Of a stretch of 64,000 bases of DNA, positions 48,016 to 58,383 are shown piece by piece. The position numbers were made by a program, and so were the translations under genes. The DNA is from Candidatus Nealsonbacteria bacterium (GTDB lineage: Bacteria > Patescibacteriota > Minisyncoccia > Minisyncoccales > RBG-13-42-11). Location of the stretch: assembly GCA_026396115.1 (NCBI GenBank), contig JAPLXL010000002.1:69142-133141 (forward strand), in the 5' to 3' direction. Below the pieces are notes generated by a model. That model saw only the letters and a program-made list of their open reading frames with translations. It was not told the origin of the DNA and did not search any database. Numbering within the stretch: the stretch's first letter is position 1; each line of letters opens with the position of its first letter.

Positions 48016-48837
48016 ATGAAATTTATGGCTAAAAATCAGATAAAAATTGGATTAATCGGTGGAACCGGTTTTTATGAATTTTTTAAAGGGAAAACCAAAG
48101 AGGTTGAGGTAAGAACAAAGTTTGGTTCACCTAGCGACAAAATAACTATTGGGAATTTATTTGGAAAAAGGGTGGCTTTTTTGCCGAGGCATGGCAAGAA
48201 ACATCAATTTCCTCCCCATCTTGTTCCCTATAAAGCCAATATTGCCGCTCTAAAAAAACTTGGCGTTGAAAGAATTATTGCCACAACCGCTGTTGGTTCT
48301 TTAAGGAAAAACATAAAACCAGGGGATTTTGTAATCTGTGATCAATTTGTTGACAGAACCCTCAGAGGAAAAGAAAGTACCTTTTTTAATGGGCCGCAAG
48401 TAGCCCATATAGAAATGGCTTATCCTTATTGTTCAGAATTGAGAAAAATTGCCATTGCTCAGGCTCAGAAATTAAAGATTAGAACTCATCCCAAGGGAAT
48501 TGTAGTGGTAATTGAAGGACCAAGATTCTCAACATTAGCCGAAAGTCTTTGGTTTTCTAAAAGTGGCTGGGATTTAGTAAATATGACTCAATATCCAGAG
48601 ATAGTTCTGGCTTCAGAGCTTGGTATATGTTATTTAAATATTTCTTTAGTTACAGATTATGACGTTGGAATATATTCAAAGAAGAATATAAAACCGGTTT
48701 CAATTGAAGAAGTTTTGAAAAATTTTAAAAATAATACAGAAAAATTAAAGAAAATAGTTTTAGCTATTATAAAAAATATATCAGAAAAAAGGGAATGCGA
48801 ATGTGAATCGAAAGCTAAACGAGCTATTTTAAGTTGA
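48016..48837 (+). CDS. mtnP: S-methyl-5'-thioadenosine phosphorylase
   Basis: IGGTG, LPRHG, DQFVDRT, EGPRFST, VNMT, VTDYD. Confidence 0.92.
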   Translation: MKFMAKNQIKIGLIGGTGFYEFFKGKTKEVEVRTKFGSPSDKITIGNLFGKRVAFLPRHGKKHQFPPHLVPYKANIAALKKLGVERIIATTAVGSLRKNIKPGDFVICDQFVDRTLRGKESTFFNGPQVAHIEMAYPYCSELRKIAIAQAQKLKIRTHPKGIVVVIEGPRFSTLAESLWFSKSGWDLVNMTQYPEIVLASELGICYLNISLVTDYDVGIYSKKNIKPVSIEEVLKNFKNNTEKLKKIVLAIIKNISEKRECECESKAKRAILS

Positions 48838-48855
48838 TTTTTCCTAAAAAATAAA

Positions 48856-50049
48856 ATGATTAAAACTATAAAAAAATATTTGGAGTTTCTAAAAAATTTG
48901 ACCATAATTCCTTGGAAATATAAAAAATCTATTTGGCACCTATTGAGAAAAAAAGGCTTAAAGAGTGTTGGAAATTTTCTTTTTGTAAAATATTTTGTTG
49001 CCGACGAAGGCGGGGAAGCGGCAGTTTTAAACAATTTAATTACGGCAACAAAATTATCCTCTTTGGCCCCTTATCCATTTAAGATTGAGGTAGAACATAC
49101 CACCATTTGTAATAAAAAATGTATTATTTGCGAAAGAAGCTACTGGGGAGAAAAATCAGAAAGATTAACTTTTGAGCAATTTAAAAAAATAATTGACCAA
49201 TTTCCTAAATTGAAATGGATTAATGTTACCGGTGAAGGAACCGGTTTTCTTAACCCTGATTTTCTGAAAATAATTGAATACTTGAGGTCAAAAGATATTT
49301 CGGTTAATTTTGTTGATGAGTTTGATTTTATTGATGAAGCTAAAGCCAGAAAACTGATAGAATTGGGAGTAAACTGTATTTGGATTTCAATGGATGGAGC
49401 GACAAAAGAAATCTACGAAAAAATAAAGGTTGGCTGTAATTTTGAGAAAGCAGTAAATAACATAAAAATGCTACTGAATTTAAAAAAACAGCTCCATTCG
49501 CCGTTTCCTATGCTCTGTTTCCGATTTGTTGTTAATAAATTAAATTACAAAGAAATGCCAAAAATGGTAGAGCTTATTCATTCATTGGGGGATTTAGGCG
49601 AGGGAAGCAAATTAGAATTTGTAGGACTTCTTACTTTTAAAGAAATAGAAAAATATTATTTGCCGGAAATCCCAAAAGAAATTTTAGAAGAAACAGTTGA
49701 AACAGGTAGAAAATTAGGAATAAGAGTCAAATTTTCTCATATCAGCGAAAGTAAACTTTCTGCAATTGAGAAATGTGCCGCCTGGACCGAGCCCTATATA
49801 ATGATAGGAGGCTATGTTTTACCATGCTGTGCGGTATTGATGTCCAACAAACGAGATTTTTTGAGAAAATATGCTTTCGGCAACTTCTACCAGCAACTAT
49901 TTAAAGAGATATGGTATTCGGAAAGATATAAGAAGTTTCGGAAAATGGTCTTAAAAAATAATGAAAAAGTTCCTATTCTTTGCGTCGGTTGCCGAGCTTA
50001 TAATACAACCGAGAGAGAAAAAAGATACGGCTGTTCAAGTTCAATTTAA
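48856..50049 (+). CDS. Radical SAM/SPASM protein
   Basis: CNKKCIIC; GYVLPCC..CVGC. Confidence 0.9.
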   Translation: MIKTIKKYLEFLKNLTIIPWKYKKSIWHLLRKKGLKSVGNFLFVKYFVADEGGEAAVLNNLITATKLSSLAPYPFKIEVEHTTICNKKCIICERSYWGEKSERLTFEQFKKIIDQFPKLKWINVTGEGTGFLNPDFLKIIEYLRSKDISVNFVDEFDFIDEAKARKLIELGVNCIWISMDGATKEIYEKIKVGCNFEKAVNNIKMLLNLKKQLHSPFPMLCFRFVVNKLNYKEMPKMVELIHSLGDLGEGSKLEFVGLLTFKEIEKYYLPEIPKEILEETVETGRKLGIRVKFSHISESKLSAIEKCAAWTEPYIMIGGYVLPCCAVLMSNKRDFLRKYAFGNFYQQLFKEIWYSERYKKFRKMVLKNNEKVPILCVGCRAYNTTEREKRYGCSSSI

Positions 50050-50064
50050 AGAGCAGAGAGAAAC

Positions 50065-50856
50065 ATGTTGCCAATTATTAAAAAATTTATTATTAAAATT
50101 GAAAGACAAATAGTGAAAATTCTTTTGTCTTTTCGGAAAGATGTGGTTTCTTTTGACCCGCCGCCAAGCGGAATGAATAAAGAAACTGTCTTAAAAAAAG
50201 TTGCCGAGGTTCCATTTTGGTGGCACTCCATAGATTTTGGTTACGGGATAGTGACCCCAGGCCATCAGGGGGGGATCAAGCATCCAACCGGGACAAAGAA
50301 TCTTTTGGGCAATCTTCAGCTTCCAGATGATCTAAGGGGTAAGAGTGTTTTGGATATTGGAGCCTGGGATGGTTTTTTCAGTTTTGAAGCAGAAAAAAGA
50401 GGAGCTTCAAGAGTTTTAGCCATTGATAATTTTTATCGGGATAAATTAGAACATACCGGGAGCCAAGGATTTGAAATAGCCAAGGAAATTTTAAAATCTA
50501 ACGTTGAATTTAAAAAAGCCAGCGTTTATGATTTATCTCCAGAGAAATTTGGCATGTTTGATATTGTTTTATTTTTAGGTGTTTTTTATCATCTCCGGCA
50601 CCCCCTGCTGGCTTTAGAGAAAGTTTTTTCGGTAACCAAGGAAATGCTGATTATGGAGACCCATTACGACCCCTATCACGATAGTAAAACTCCTTTGGCT
50701 GTATTTTATGAAAACGCCGAAATAAACAACGATCCTACTACTTTTTGGGGTTTTAATAAATCGTGTCTTCTGGCAGTTCTGCGTTCAGTTGGATTTAAAA
50801 ATCCAGAGGTTATTTACCGCTATGCTGACCGCATTATTCTTAAGGCATATAAGTAA
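50065..50856 (+). CDS. SAM-dependent methyltransferase (DUF1698/CmoB-like)
   Basis: VLDIGAWDGFFSF, FLGVFYHLRHP. Confidence 0.85.
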   Translation: MLPIIKKFIIKIERQIVKILLSFRKDVVSFDPPPSGMNKETVLKKVAEVPFWWHSIDFGYGIVTPGHQGGIKHPTGTKNLLGNLQLPDDLRGKSVLDIGAWDGFFSFEAEKRGASRVLAIDNFYRDKLEHTGSQGFEIAKEILKSNVEFKKASVYDLSPEKFGMFDIVLFLGVFYHLRHPLLALEKVFSVTKEMLIMETHYDPYHDSKTPLAVFYENAEINNDPTTFWGFNKSCLLAVLRSVGFKNPEVIYRYADRIILKAYK

Positions 50857-50858
50857 AG

Positions 50859-52547
50859 ATGATTGAAAAAAGAGAAATTATTCAACAGTGGCAGTATCTT
50901 GGTAGAGTCCATCCGGAATTACTGGAAGATAAAGTTTTTGAACACTGCCAAAAATCTGGCATTACTAGTTTACAATCTTATCTTTATTGGGCCGAAATTG
51001 AAAAAGAGCCGGAGAAAATTGACTTTTCAAGCTATGATATTTTAGTTGAGAAGTTAAAAGAACATAATTTAAAATGGGTTCCTTTTTTTATCTTAGGACC
51101 CGATTACGCCACGCCTGATTGGTTTAAAAAAACAAATGAATCGGTTTACGCTCAATGTCTTGAACATAAAAAAGAATCAAAGATTCAATCAATCTGGAAT
51201 CCTTTTTTGCCGGAATGGGTGGATAGATTTTTAAGGATTGTATCCGAACATTATCAAGATAAAAGTGTTTTAGAGAGTATTTGTTTGGGTATCAGCGGAA
51301 ATTGGGGAGAATCTATTTATCCTGTTGAAGGGGGTTTTCATAAAAATTTTCACAGCCATCAAGGTTGGTGGTGCGAAGATAAATATGCGGTTCAAGATTT
51401 TAAGAAATATATTATTAGAAAGTATGATTCTCTTAGTGAACTTAATAATGCCTGGAAAACGAATTTTTCAAGTTTTGAATTAATAAATTTCCCAAATTTA
51501 AGATACTCTTATCCTTTGAGCCGTGAAATTTATAAATTCATACCGTTTTTTCTAAGGCCCGGCGTGAAATTTATTTATAATCTTGTAAAAAATAATTTTA
51601 AAAAAGAGATTAAAGATATCACAGGTCAGCAGCAATGGCTGGATTTCACTGAATGGTATATGGCTTCTATGACTAATTGGGCGGAATTCTGGTTTGAGAC
51701 AGCGCGGAAATATTTTCCAGATAGTGAAATATATTTAGTGACCGGCGGAAATGGTAATCCTATGCTGGGTGCCGATTTTTCCGCTCAAACAAAAATAGCG
51801 GCAAAATATAAGGGAGGGATTAGAATTACTAACCAAACAGATGATTATTCTTACAGTTTTGCCTTTGCTCGGCTAATTTCTTCAGCAAGTAAATTTTACG
51901 GGTCTTATTTTACCACCGAGGAAGTTTGGATTAACAAGCCAGAGAGAGTGATGATGCGGATATTTGATGTCATAACCTCAGGAGCTAAAGGGTTTTATTG
52001 TAAGAATATTATTGGCACAGGCAGAGATTATTGCACTAAGAAAGATTTTTCTGCAGGGGAACCAACTAAAGGAGCAGAAATTTTATCCAAAAACCTCCAT
52101 TATTTTCAATTATCTAAGCCGATTGTCAAGGCGGCTATTTTTTTCCCAAATACCTCTATTGCCTTTGAGCCTTTAATTTTAGACCTTTTGTATAAACAAT
52201 GCGCAAAACTCCGTGATGTGTTAGATTTTGATTTATTAGATGAAAATATGATAAGAGACGGTGCTTTGGAGAAATATCAATATCTTTTAGTTTTAAAAGG
52301 AAAAATACCGGAAGGTGAGATCTCAGAAAGAATTAAAAATTGGATCAAGAAAGGTGGCATTCTTAGTTCTGATCCCAAGATAATTGCCAGCGATATTGAT
52401 AATGAATATGACCGAGTTTATGCCACTCGATTTGCTGATAAAATTATGTATTACAATGCCAATGATTTTGAAGTGAGAAAAAAAGTTGGCTCAAAATTTA
52501 TAAAAATTGAAGGGAATTCAATAAAAATAGAGCAAAATAAATTATGA
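50859..52547 (+). CDS. Glycoside hydrolase-like protein (GH14/GH42-like)
   Basis: WAEIE..DFS.YD, GNWGESIYP, LNNAWKTNF. Confidence 0.65.
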   Translation: MIEKREIIQQWQYLGRVHPELLEDKVFEHCQKSGITSLQSYLYWAEIEKEPEKIDFSSYDILVEKLKEHNLKWVPFFILGPDYATPDWFKKTNESVYAQCLEHKKESKIQSIWNPFLPEWVDRFLRIVSEHYQDKSVLESICLGISGNWGESIYPVEGGFHKNFHSHQGWWCEDKYAVQDFKKYIIRKYDSLSELNNAWKTNFSSFELINFPNLRYSYPLSREIYKFIPFFLRPGVKFIYNLVKNNFKKEIKDITGQQQWLDFTEWYMASMTNWAEFWFETARKYFPDSEIYLVTGGNGNPMLGADFSAQTKIAAKYKGGIRITNQTDDYSYSFAFARLISSASKFYGSYFTTEEVWINKPERVMMRIFDVITSGAKGFYCKNIIGTGRDYCTKKDFSAGEPTKGAEILSKNLHYFQLSKPIVKAAIFFPNTSIAFEPLILDLLYKQCAKLRDVLDFDLLDENMIRDGALEKYQYLLVLKGKIPEGEISERIKNWIKKGGILSSDPKIIASDIDNEYDRVYATRFADKIMYYNANDFEVRKKVGSKFIKIEGNSIKIEQNKL

Positions 52548-53677
52548 GAGTTTTAATTGTTTACCCTAAATTTTATATATACGGTGGAGCAGAATTAGTA
52601 GTAGTAAGATTAGCCAATTATTTATCGAGGAAAGGCATCCAAAATGCTATTTTGACGACTGCTATGCTGCCGGAAATAGAAAAAGATCTAGATAAAACAA
52701 AGGTGATTATTCAGAAAGAATCTAAAATTCCTTTTAATTTCTTGGGACTTAGAGAGATTTTAGCTTTGCATAAAGGAATCCGCGATAATTTGGACAACTT
52801 TGATGTAATAAATATACACAATTATCCAGCAGAGATTTCATTTTTCCCTTTTCAAAAGCCCGCTGTTTGGATGTGCAATGAGCCGCCAGAAATTGTTCTG
52901 CGCCTTGATTCGGAACAATCTCTGTTCTCAAGATTGGTAAAGAAGACAATTTTGAAGTTTGATAAATTCGTAGTCAGGCGTTATATAAAAAATGCAGTTG
53001 TGGCTGACGAATTTAATGCCGAAAGATTTGAAAAAATATACGGATTAAAGCCAGAAATAATAAATTATGGTATTGATTATAATTTTTTCTCCTCCGGTTA
53101 TCCGGAAGAAACAAAGAAAAAATACAATTTAACCAATAATTTTGTTATTCTTCAAGTAGGGATGTTAACCCCTTTAAAAAATCAATTAGAAAGCGTTAAA
53201 ACCATTAAAAAATTGAAAGATAAGATTCCTCATTTGAAGCTGATACTTGCAGGATTGGCAGAAGATGAGTATAAATTAAGTTTGGAAAAGTATATAAAAG
53301 AAGAACATCTTGAGGATTACATAATTTTTACCGGTCAATTAAACAGAAAAGAGTTGAGAGATTTATACCATGCTTGCGATGTTTTATTGCATCCGATAAA
53401 GCCTCAAGGAGGATGGCTGTCTCCCTTTGAAGCGCTCTGCGCGAAAAAATTAATTGTTGTCTCTCCGGAGATGAGTGCTTCTAGCATAATTAAAAAAGAA
53501 AAAATAGGCATTGTAACTGATAATTATGCAGAAACAATCATAGAAGTATACAGAAATGCGGATAAATATGTTAGAATGAAAGAAAAAGGGAGCGAATGGG
53601 TGAAAAATAATTTGAATTGGGATATTTTTTGCCAAAGGAATTTAGATGTATTTCAAAGAGCATTAAAATCAAAATAA
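52544..53677 (+). CDS. Glycosyltransferase family 4
   Basis: GGAE, KNQ, WLSPFEAL. Confidence 0.88.
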   Translation: MRVLIVYPKFYIYGGAELVVVRLANYLSRKGIQNAILTTAMLPEIEKDLDKTKVIIQKESKIPFNFLGLREILALHKGIRDNLDNFDVINIHNYPAEISFFPFQKPAVWMCNEPPEIVLRLDSEQSLFSRLVKKTILKFDKFVVRRYIKNAVVADEFNAERFEKIYGLKPEIINYGIDYNFFSSGYPEETKKKYNLTNNFVILQVGMLTPLKNQLESVKTIKKLKDKIPHLKLILAGLAEDEYKLSLEKYIKEEHLEDYIIFTGQLNRKELRDLYHACDVLLHPIKPQGGWLSPFEALCAKKLIVVSPEMSASSIIKKEKIGIVTDNYAETIIEVYRNADKYVRMKEKGSEWVKNNLNWDIFCQRNLDVFQRALKSK

Positions 53678-53682
53678 AATCT

Positions 53683-54711
53683 ATGAAAGTATTAGTAACA
53701 GGCGGTTGTGGATTCATCGGTTCTCATACCTGCGAGTATTATATCAAAAAAGGTGACGAGGTTATCTCTTTTGATAATATGACTAAACATGAATTGATGA
53801 GGACCGGTTATGGCACTGATACTGCCAGAGATTACAACTGGAATTTTCTTAAAAAATTAGGAGTCAATTTAATAAAAGGAGATATCCGAGATTATGAGAA
53901 GTTGAAAGAAGCAGCTAAAGGGTGTGATTTTATTATCCATACTGCTGCCCAGCCGGCAATGACCATCAGCGTAGAGGATCCAGACCTTGATTTTTCAACC
54001 AATGTTTTAGGAACATTTAATGTTCTAAAAGTAGCCCGTGATTATAAAATTCCAATGGTCTCCTGTGCCACTATTCATGTTTACGGAAATAAAATAAACG
54101 AAGAATTAAAAGAAGGGGAGACCCGGTATCTTCGGGAACCTCCGGAAATAGATGAGAAATATCCTACCATGGGAGGAACTCTGACTCCACTCCATGTTTC
54201 AAAAAGAGCAGCCGAACTTTATGTTCAGACTTTTATAGATACCTATGGTTTAGAAGCTGCCAGTTTTCGTTTGACAGGATTATATGGACCCAACCAATTT
54301 GGAGGAGAAGATCACGGTTGGGTTGCCAATTTCGCGATTAAAACTGTTCTGGGTGAGCCAATTAATATATACGGGACGGGAAAACAGGTGAGAGATATTT
54401 TATATGCCCGAGATGCCGTTTTGGCTTTTGATGCTTTTTGGAAAAATAGAAAGCCCGGTATTTATAATATTGGAGGAGGAATGAAAACTTCGATATCATT
54501 AGTTGAATGTATTGAACTTTTAAAAGAAATTACTGGCAAAGAAATAAAAGTAAATTTCTACCCCGATAGATTAGGAGATTTACGCTATTTTGTTTGTAAT
54601 ACTTCTAAAGCTAAACAAAATCTTAATTGGCAAGCAGAAATTCTGCCAAAAGAAGGGATAATCAGGTTAGTAAATTGGATTAAAGAGAACATTAATTTAT
54701 TTAAAAAATAA
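53683..54711 (+). CDS. NAD-dependent epimerase/dehydratase (CDP-paratose 2-epimerase-like)
   Basis: GGCGFIGS, HTAAQP, QFGGEDHGWV, GKQVRDIL. Confidence 0.82.
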   Translation: MKVLVTGGCGFIGSHTCEYYIKKGDEVISFDNMTKHELMRTGYGTDTARDYNWNFLKKLGVNLIKGDIRDYEKLKEAAKGCDFIIHTAAQPAMTISVEDPDLDFSTNVLGTFNVLKVARDYKIPMVSCATIHVYGNKINEELKEGETRYLREPPEIDEKYPTMGGTLTPLHVSKRAAELYVQTFIDTYGLEAASFRLTGLYGPNQFGGEDHGWVANFAIKTVLGEPINIYGTGKQVRDILYARDAVLAFDAFWKNRKPGIYNIGGGMKTSISLVECIELLKEITGKEIKVNFYPDRLGDLRYFVCNTSKAKQNLNWQAEILPKEGIIRLVNWIKENINLFKK

Positions 54712-54715
54712 ATTT

Positions 54716-55441
54716 ATGAAAGCACTAATTTTAGCCGGAGGCAGAGGGAAGCGTCTAGCTGAAATTTCTAAGGATAAAAATAAATGCATGGTTGAAGTGA
54801 AAGGAAAGCCTCTTATTGAATATAGTTTAGATTGCGCAAGCCAAACCAATATTTCTGAAATAGTGATTGTAGTTGGATATAAAGCCGAAGAGATAACAAA
54901 CACTTATGGAAATAGATATAAGGGAAAGCCAATAAAATACGCACTTCAACCAGAACAGAGAGGACTAGTCCATGCAATTGAGTATGCCAAAAAGGCGATA
55001 GGAGGAGAGGATTTTATGTTAATGTTAGGAGACGAACTTATGATAAAATCAAAACACACAGAGATGATTAAAAAGTATCGCGATGAAAATCTTTTTGCTC
55101 TCTGTGGAGTCGTCAATGTAAAAGATAGAAATTTAATTAAAAAAACTTACGCTGTTATTCAAGGTGAAGATAATAGAATTTTTAGATTAATAGAAAAACC
55201 TTCCAGCCCAATGAATAATGTTATGGGTACAGGAAATTGCATATTCAAAAATGAAATCTTTTCTTATATTCCTCAGACTCCTATTAATCAAAAAAGAGGA
55301 GAAAAAGAACTTCCTGATCTTATTCAGTGTGCTATTGACGATGGGAAGGTAGTAAAGTCATTTGCTGTTTGCGATGAATATTTTAATTTAAATTTTAAAG
55401 AAGATATTAAAGACGCAGAATCTTATTTTAGCCATTTTTAA
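54716..55441 (+). CDS. Sugar-1-phosphate nucleotidyltransferase
   Basis: LAGGRGKRL, LGD, EKP. Confidence 0.85.
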   Translation: MKALILAGGRGKRLAEISKDKNKCMVEVKGKPLIEYSLDCASQTNISEIVIVVGYKAEEITNTYGNRYKGKPIKYALQPEQRGLVHAIEYAKKAIGGEDFMLMLGDELMIKSKHTEMIKKYRDENLFALCGVVNVKDRNLIKKTYAVIQGEDNRIFRLIEKPSSPMNNVMGTGNCIFKNEIFSYIPQTPINQKRGEKELPDLIQCAIDDGKVVKSFAVCDEYFNLNFKEDIKDAESYFSHF

Positions 55442-55458
55442 AAATATAGAACTTTCAG

Positions 55459-56229
55459 ATGAATATGGAGAATATAAAAAAATATCCAGAGATTAAAACA
55501 GCAATTATTCTTGCCGGAGGCAGTGGACGAAGAATGGTTAGTTTTTCAGTATTGCCGGACGAGTTAAAAAAACAAGACTTTAATCCGGAGACAATGCACA
55601 AATCCATGATTCCCGTCGGAGGAAAGCCTCTCTTGGAACATACTATTTTGTGGTTTAAAAGGTGGGGAATTAAAAAAGTAGTTATCGGAGTAGGATATCA
55701 AAAAGGAAGTATTATCAGTTATTTTAAAGATGGGAAGCAGTGGGATATAGAAATTATTTATGCCGAACATAATCCGGAGAGAGGAACTGCTGATGCCTTG
55801 AAAGAAGATATAGAAAAGTCGGGAATAAATGATAATTATTTTTTTGTCGTAAATTCAGACCAGTTGACTTCGTTCCCTTTAGAAAAATTAATTGAAGTTT
55901 GTTTTTCAGATGAAAATTTACCAATTGCCACTATTGGACTTGTTTATCCTACTTTTCCTTTTGGGAAGGTAGAATGTAATCTTGAGACGCATAAAGTGGT
56001 TAATTTTCAAGAGAAGCCAATTGTGAAAATACCAACAAGTGCTGGCATTTATCTTTTTTCCAAAGAAATTAAATCTTACCTTAAAGATGATTTAGAAAAA
56101 TATACCTTCCCAATTTTAGTTGAGAAAGGCAAAATCAAAGGATGTCTTTATGAAGGATTTTGGGACACTATTAATACAATAAAAGATTGGGAACGTATAA
56201 ATAATCAATTTAAAACATATGATAAATAA
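55459..56229 (+). CDS. Nucleotidyltransferase family protein
   Basis: LAGGSGRRM, KSMIPVGGKPLL, FQEKP. Confidence 0.85.
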   Translation: MNMENIKKYPEIKTAIILAGGSGRRMVSFSVLPDELKKQDFNPETMHKSMIPVGGKPLLEHTILWFKRWGIKKVVIGVGYQKGSIISYFKDGKQWDIEIIYAEHNPERGTADALKEDIEKSGINDNYFFVVNSDQLTSFPLEKLIEVCFSDENLPIATIGLVYPTFPFGKVECNLETHKVVNFQEKPIVKIPTSAGIYLFSKEIKSYLKDDLEKYTFPILVEKGKIKGCLYEGFWDTINTIKDWERINNQFKTYDK

Positions 56230-57205
56230 CAAAAAAACTCTTCTTATCACAGGTTCAACTGGTTTTATCGGTTCGCATTTAGTTGAGAAACTGGTTGATA
56301 AATATCAAGTAGTAGCTCTTGTTCCGTCCAGCGACATAGGGATGAGGCTTCTTCCTAAAGATGTTCGCGTTGAATACGCGGGGCTTGAGGATTTTGATTT
56401 GGTTAAAAAAATTATATTCAATAATGAGCCAAAAATAGTTGTCCATCTTGGAGCAATCACGCCTGTTCGCTACTCTTTTGAAAATCCCGATATTTATCAA
56501 AAAGTTAATTATTTAGCCACGATTAATCTTGCAGAGTTAGCTATTAAAGTTAAAGATTTTGAGAAATTTATTTTTGCTTCCACTATGGAAACCTACGGTT
56601 GGCAGCCGGTTAAAAAACCATTTACGGAAGATTTATCTTTTAATCCCGACAGTCCTTATGCTGTATCAAAAGTAGCTGCTGAAAAATATATCCAGATGCT
56701 AAGTAGAGCGCTTAACTTCCCGTCGATTATTCTAAAAGCATGTAATACTTTTGGCCGAAAAAATGAGAAAGGTTACATTGTAGAATATATTATTACCGAA
56801 ATGTTAAAGGGAAAGAGTCCTCAGCTTGGAACCCCGGAAGCGGTAAGAGACTTAATGTATGTTAATGACCACGTAAATGGTTATTTAAAAGCAATTGAAT
56901 TTGAATTACCTGAGCCAAAAGAAAGAAAGAAAATTTTAGAGAAAAATCCGATAGCTTTTACTTTTAATATTGGAAATGGTTATGAATTTACAATGAAAGA
57001 AATTGCCCGGAAGATAGGAGAAATAATTGGATTTGAAGGAGAGATTAAAACTGGTTTTCCAAAAGATTATCCCTGGCGTCCTTCAGTTGCTCCTTATCTT
57101 AGTTTGAATGCTAGTTATGCTCAGAAAATACTTAAATGGAAACCGGAATTTTCTTTAGAGAAAGGGCTACAAAAAACTATTGAGTTTTGGAAAGGAAATT
57201 TATGA
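56219..57205 (+). CDS. NDP-sugar 4,6-dehydratase/epimerase
   Basis: GSTGFIGS, STMETYG, YAVSK. Confidence 0.88.
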   Translation: MINNKKTLLITGSTGFIGSHLVEKLVDKYQVVALVPSSDIGMRLLPKDVRVEYAGLEDFDLVKKIIFNNEPKIVVHLGAITPVRYSFENPDIYQKVNYLATINLAELAIKVKDFEKFIFASTMETYGWQPVKKPFTEDLSFNPDSPYAVSKVAAEKYIQMLSRALNFPSIILKACNTFGRKNEKGYIVEYIITEMLKGKSPQLGTPEAVRDLMYVNDHVNGYLKAIEFELPEPKERKKILEKNPIAFTFNIGNGYEFTMKEIARKIGEIIGFEGEIKTGFPKDYPWRPSVAPYLSLNASYAQKILKWKPEFSLEKGLQKTIEFWKGNL

Positions 57206-58383
57206 GAAAACTTAAAATAGCTGTTTATCATAATCTTCCGGATGGAGGGGCGAAAAAAGTAATTGAAAATATTATATCTGGTCTAAAAAACCGAGGTCAT
57301 GAGATAGACATATATACCGGGGAAGGTTTTCATTCTTCAAAATTAAGTAAAAAATATAGTTTTAACAAGATTCTATTACCTTTTAACCTTTGGCGCTATA
57401 GAAGATTTTGCCGGAAATTAGCTTCAGAAATCAATAGAGAGGACTATGACGTTGGGATAATTACAAACTCAAAGATACTTCAACACCCTTATGTATTAAA
57501 ATACATAAAATTCCCTAAACTTTTAATATCCCAAGAACCTTTGAGAAGTATCTATGAAAGAAATTTCCAGAAAAATTATGTTTATAAAAGATATTACAAG
57601 GGATTGGCTGGAAGACTTGTTTCTTTATATTCTCTTTTAGATAATTTTGTGAGGGAAAGACCTGATAGAGAAAATCTGAAAAATGCGGATGAATTAATTG
57701 TAAATTCTTATTTCAGCAAAGAAAACTTTTTATCTGACTACGGAATTCTTGGAAAAGTAGTCTATCCCGGAGTGGATACAAAAATATTTAAGCCACCTTT
57801 GGAGAATAAAAGGGAAAACTATATTTTAAGCATCGGTATCTATCATTTAGTTAAAGCTCACGATTTAGTTATCAAAGCTCTTAGTTTTATTCCCGAAAAT
57901 AAACGGCCTTTACTCAAAATACTTGGTTTTGGGAATCTTGATACATCTAAAAAAGAACTCCAGTATCTTAAAAATCTTAGGGACAGTTTAGGTTTAGAGG
58001 AAAATGTAAAATTTGAGAAAGATTTTTTAGGAAATAATATAATAAATTATTACCAAAATGCTTATTTAACAATAGCAACCCATTTTTTAGAACCTTTTGG
58101 TTTTGCTCCTATTGAATCTATGGCTTGTGGAACACCCGTGGTTGCTGTAAAAGAAGGAGGTTTTCGGGAAACAGTAAAGCATGGAGAAACGGGTCTGTTG
58201 GTAGAAAGAGATCCAAAAGAGCTTGCAAATGCTATTTTATGTCTGATAGAAAACAAAGAAATTTGGAAAAGATTTTCTGAAAACGGACTTAATTGGGTAA
58301 AATCTAATTTCTCTTGGGAATCAGCGGTAATTAAAATAGAGAAAGAACTTCTTACTCTTACAAAAAATGAGAATAGGTATTGA
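57202..58383 (+). CDS. Glycosyltransferase family 4
   Basis: EPFGFAPIESMACGTPVV. Confidence 0.9.
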   Translation: MRKLKIAVYHNLPDGGAKKVIENIISGLKNRGHEIDIYTGEGFHSSKLSKKYSFNKILLPFNLWRYRRFCRKLASEINREDYDVGIITNSKILQHPYVLKYIKFPKLLISQEPLRSIYERNFQKNYVYKRYYKGLAGRLVSLYSLLDNFVRERPDRENLKNADELIVNSYFSKENFLSDYGILGKVVYPGVDTKIFKPPLENKRENYILSIGIYHLVKAHDLVIKALSFIPENKRPLLKILGFGNLDTSKKELQYLKNLRDSLGLEENVKFEKDFLGNNIINYYQNAYLTIATHFLEPFGFAPIESMACGTPVVAVKEGGFRETVKHGETGLLVERDPKELANAILCLIENKEIWKRFSENGLNWVKSNFSWESAVIKIEKELLTLTKNENRY

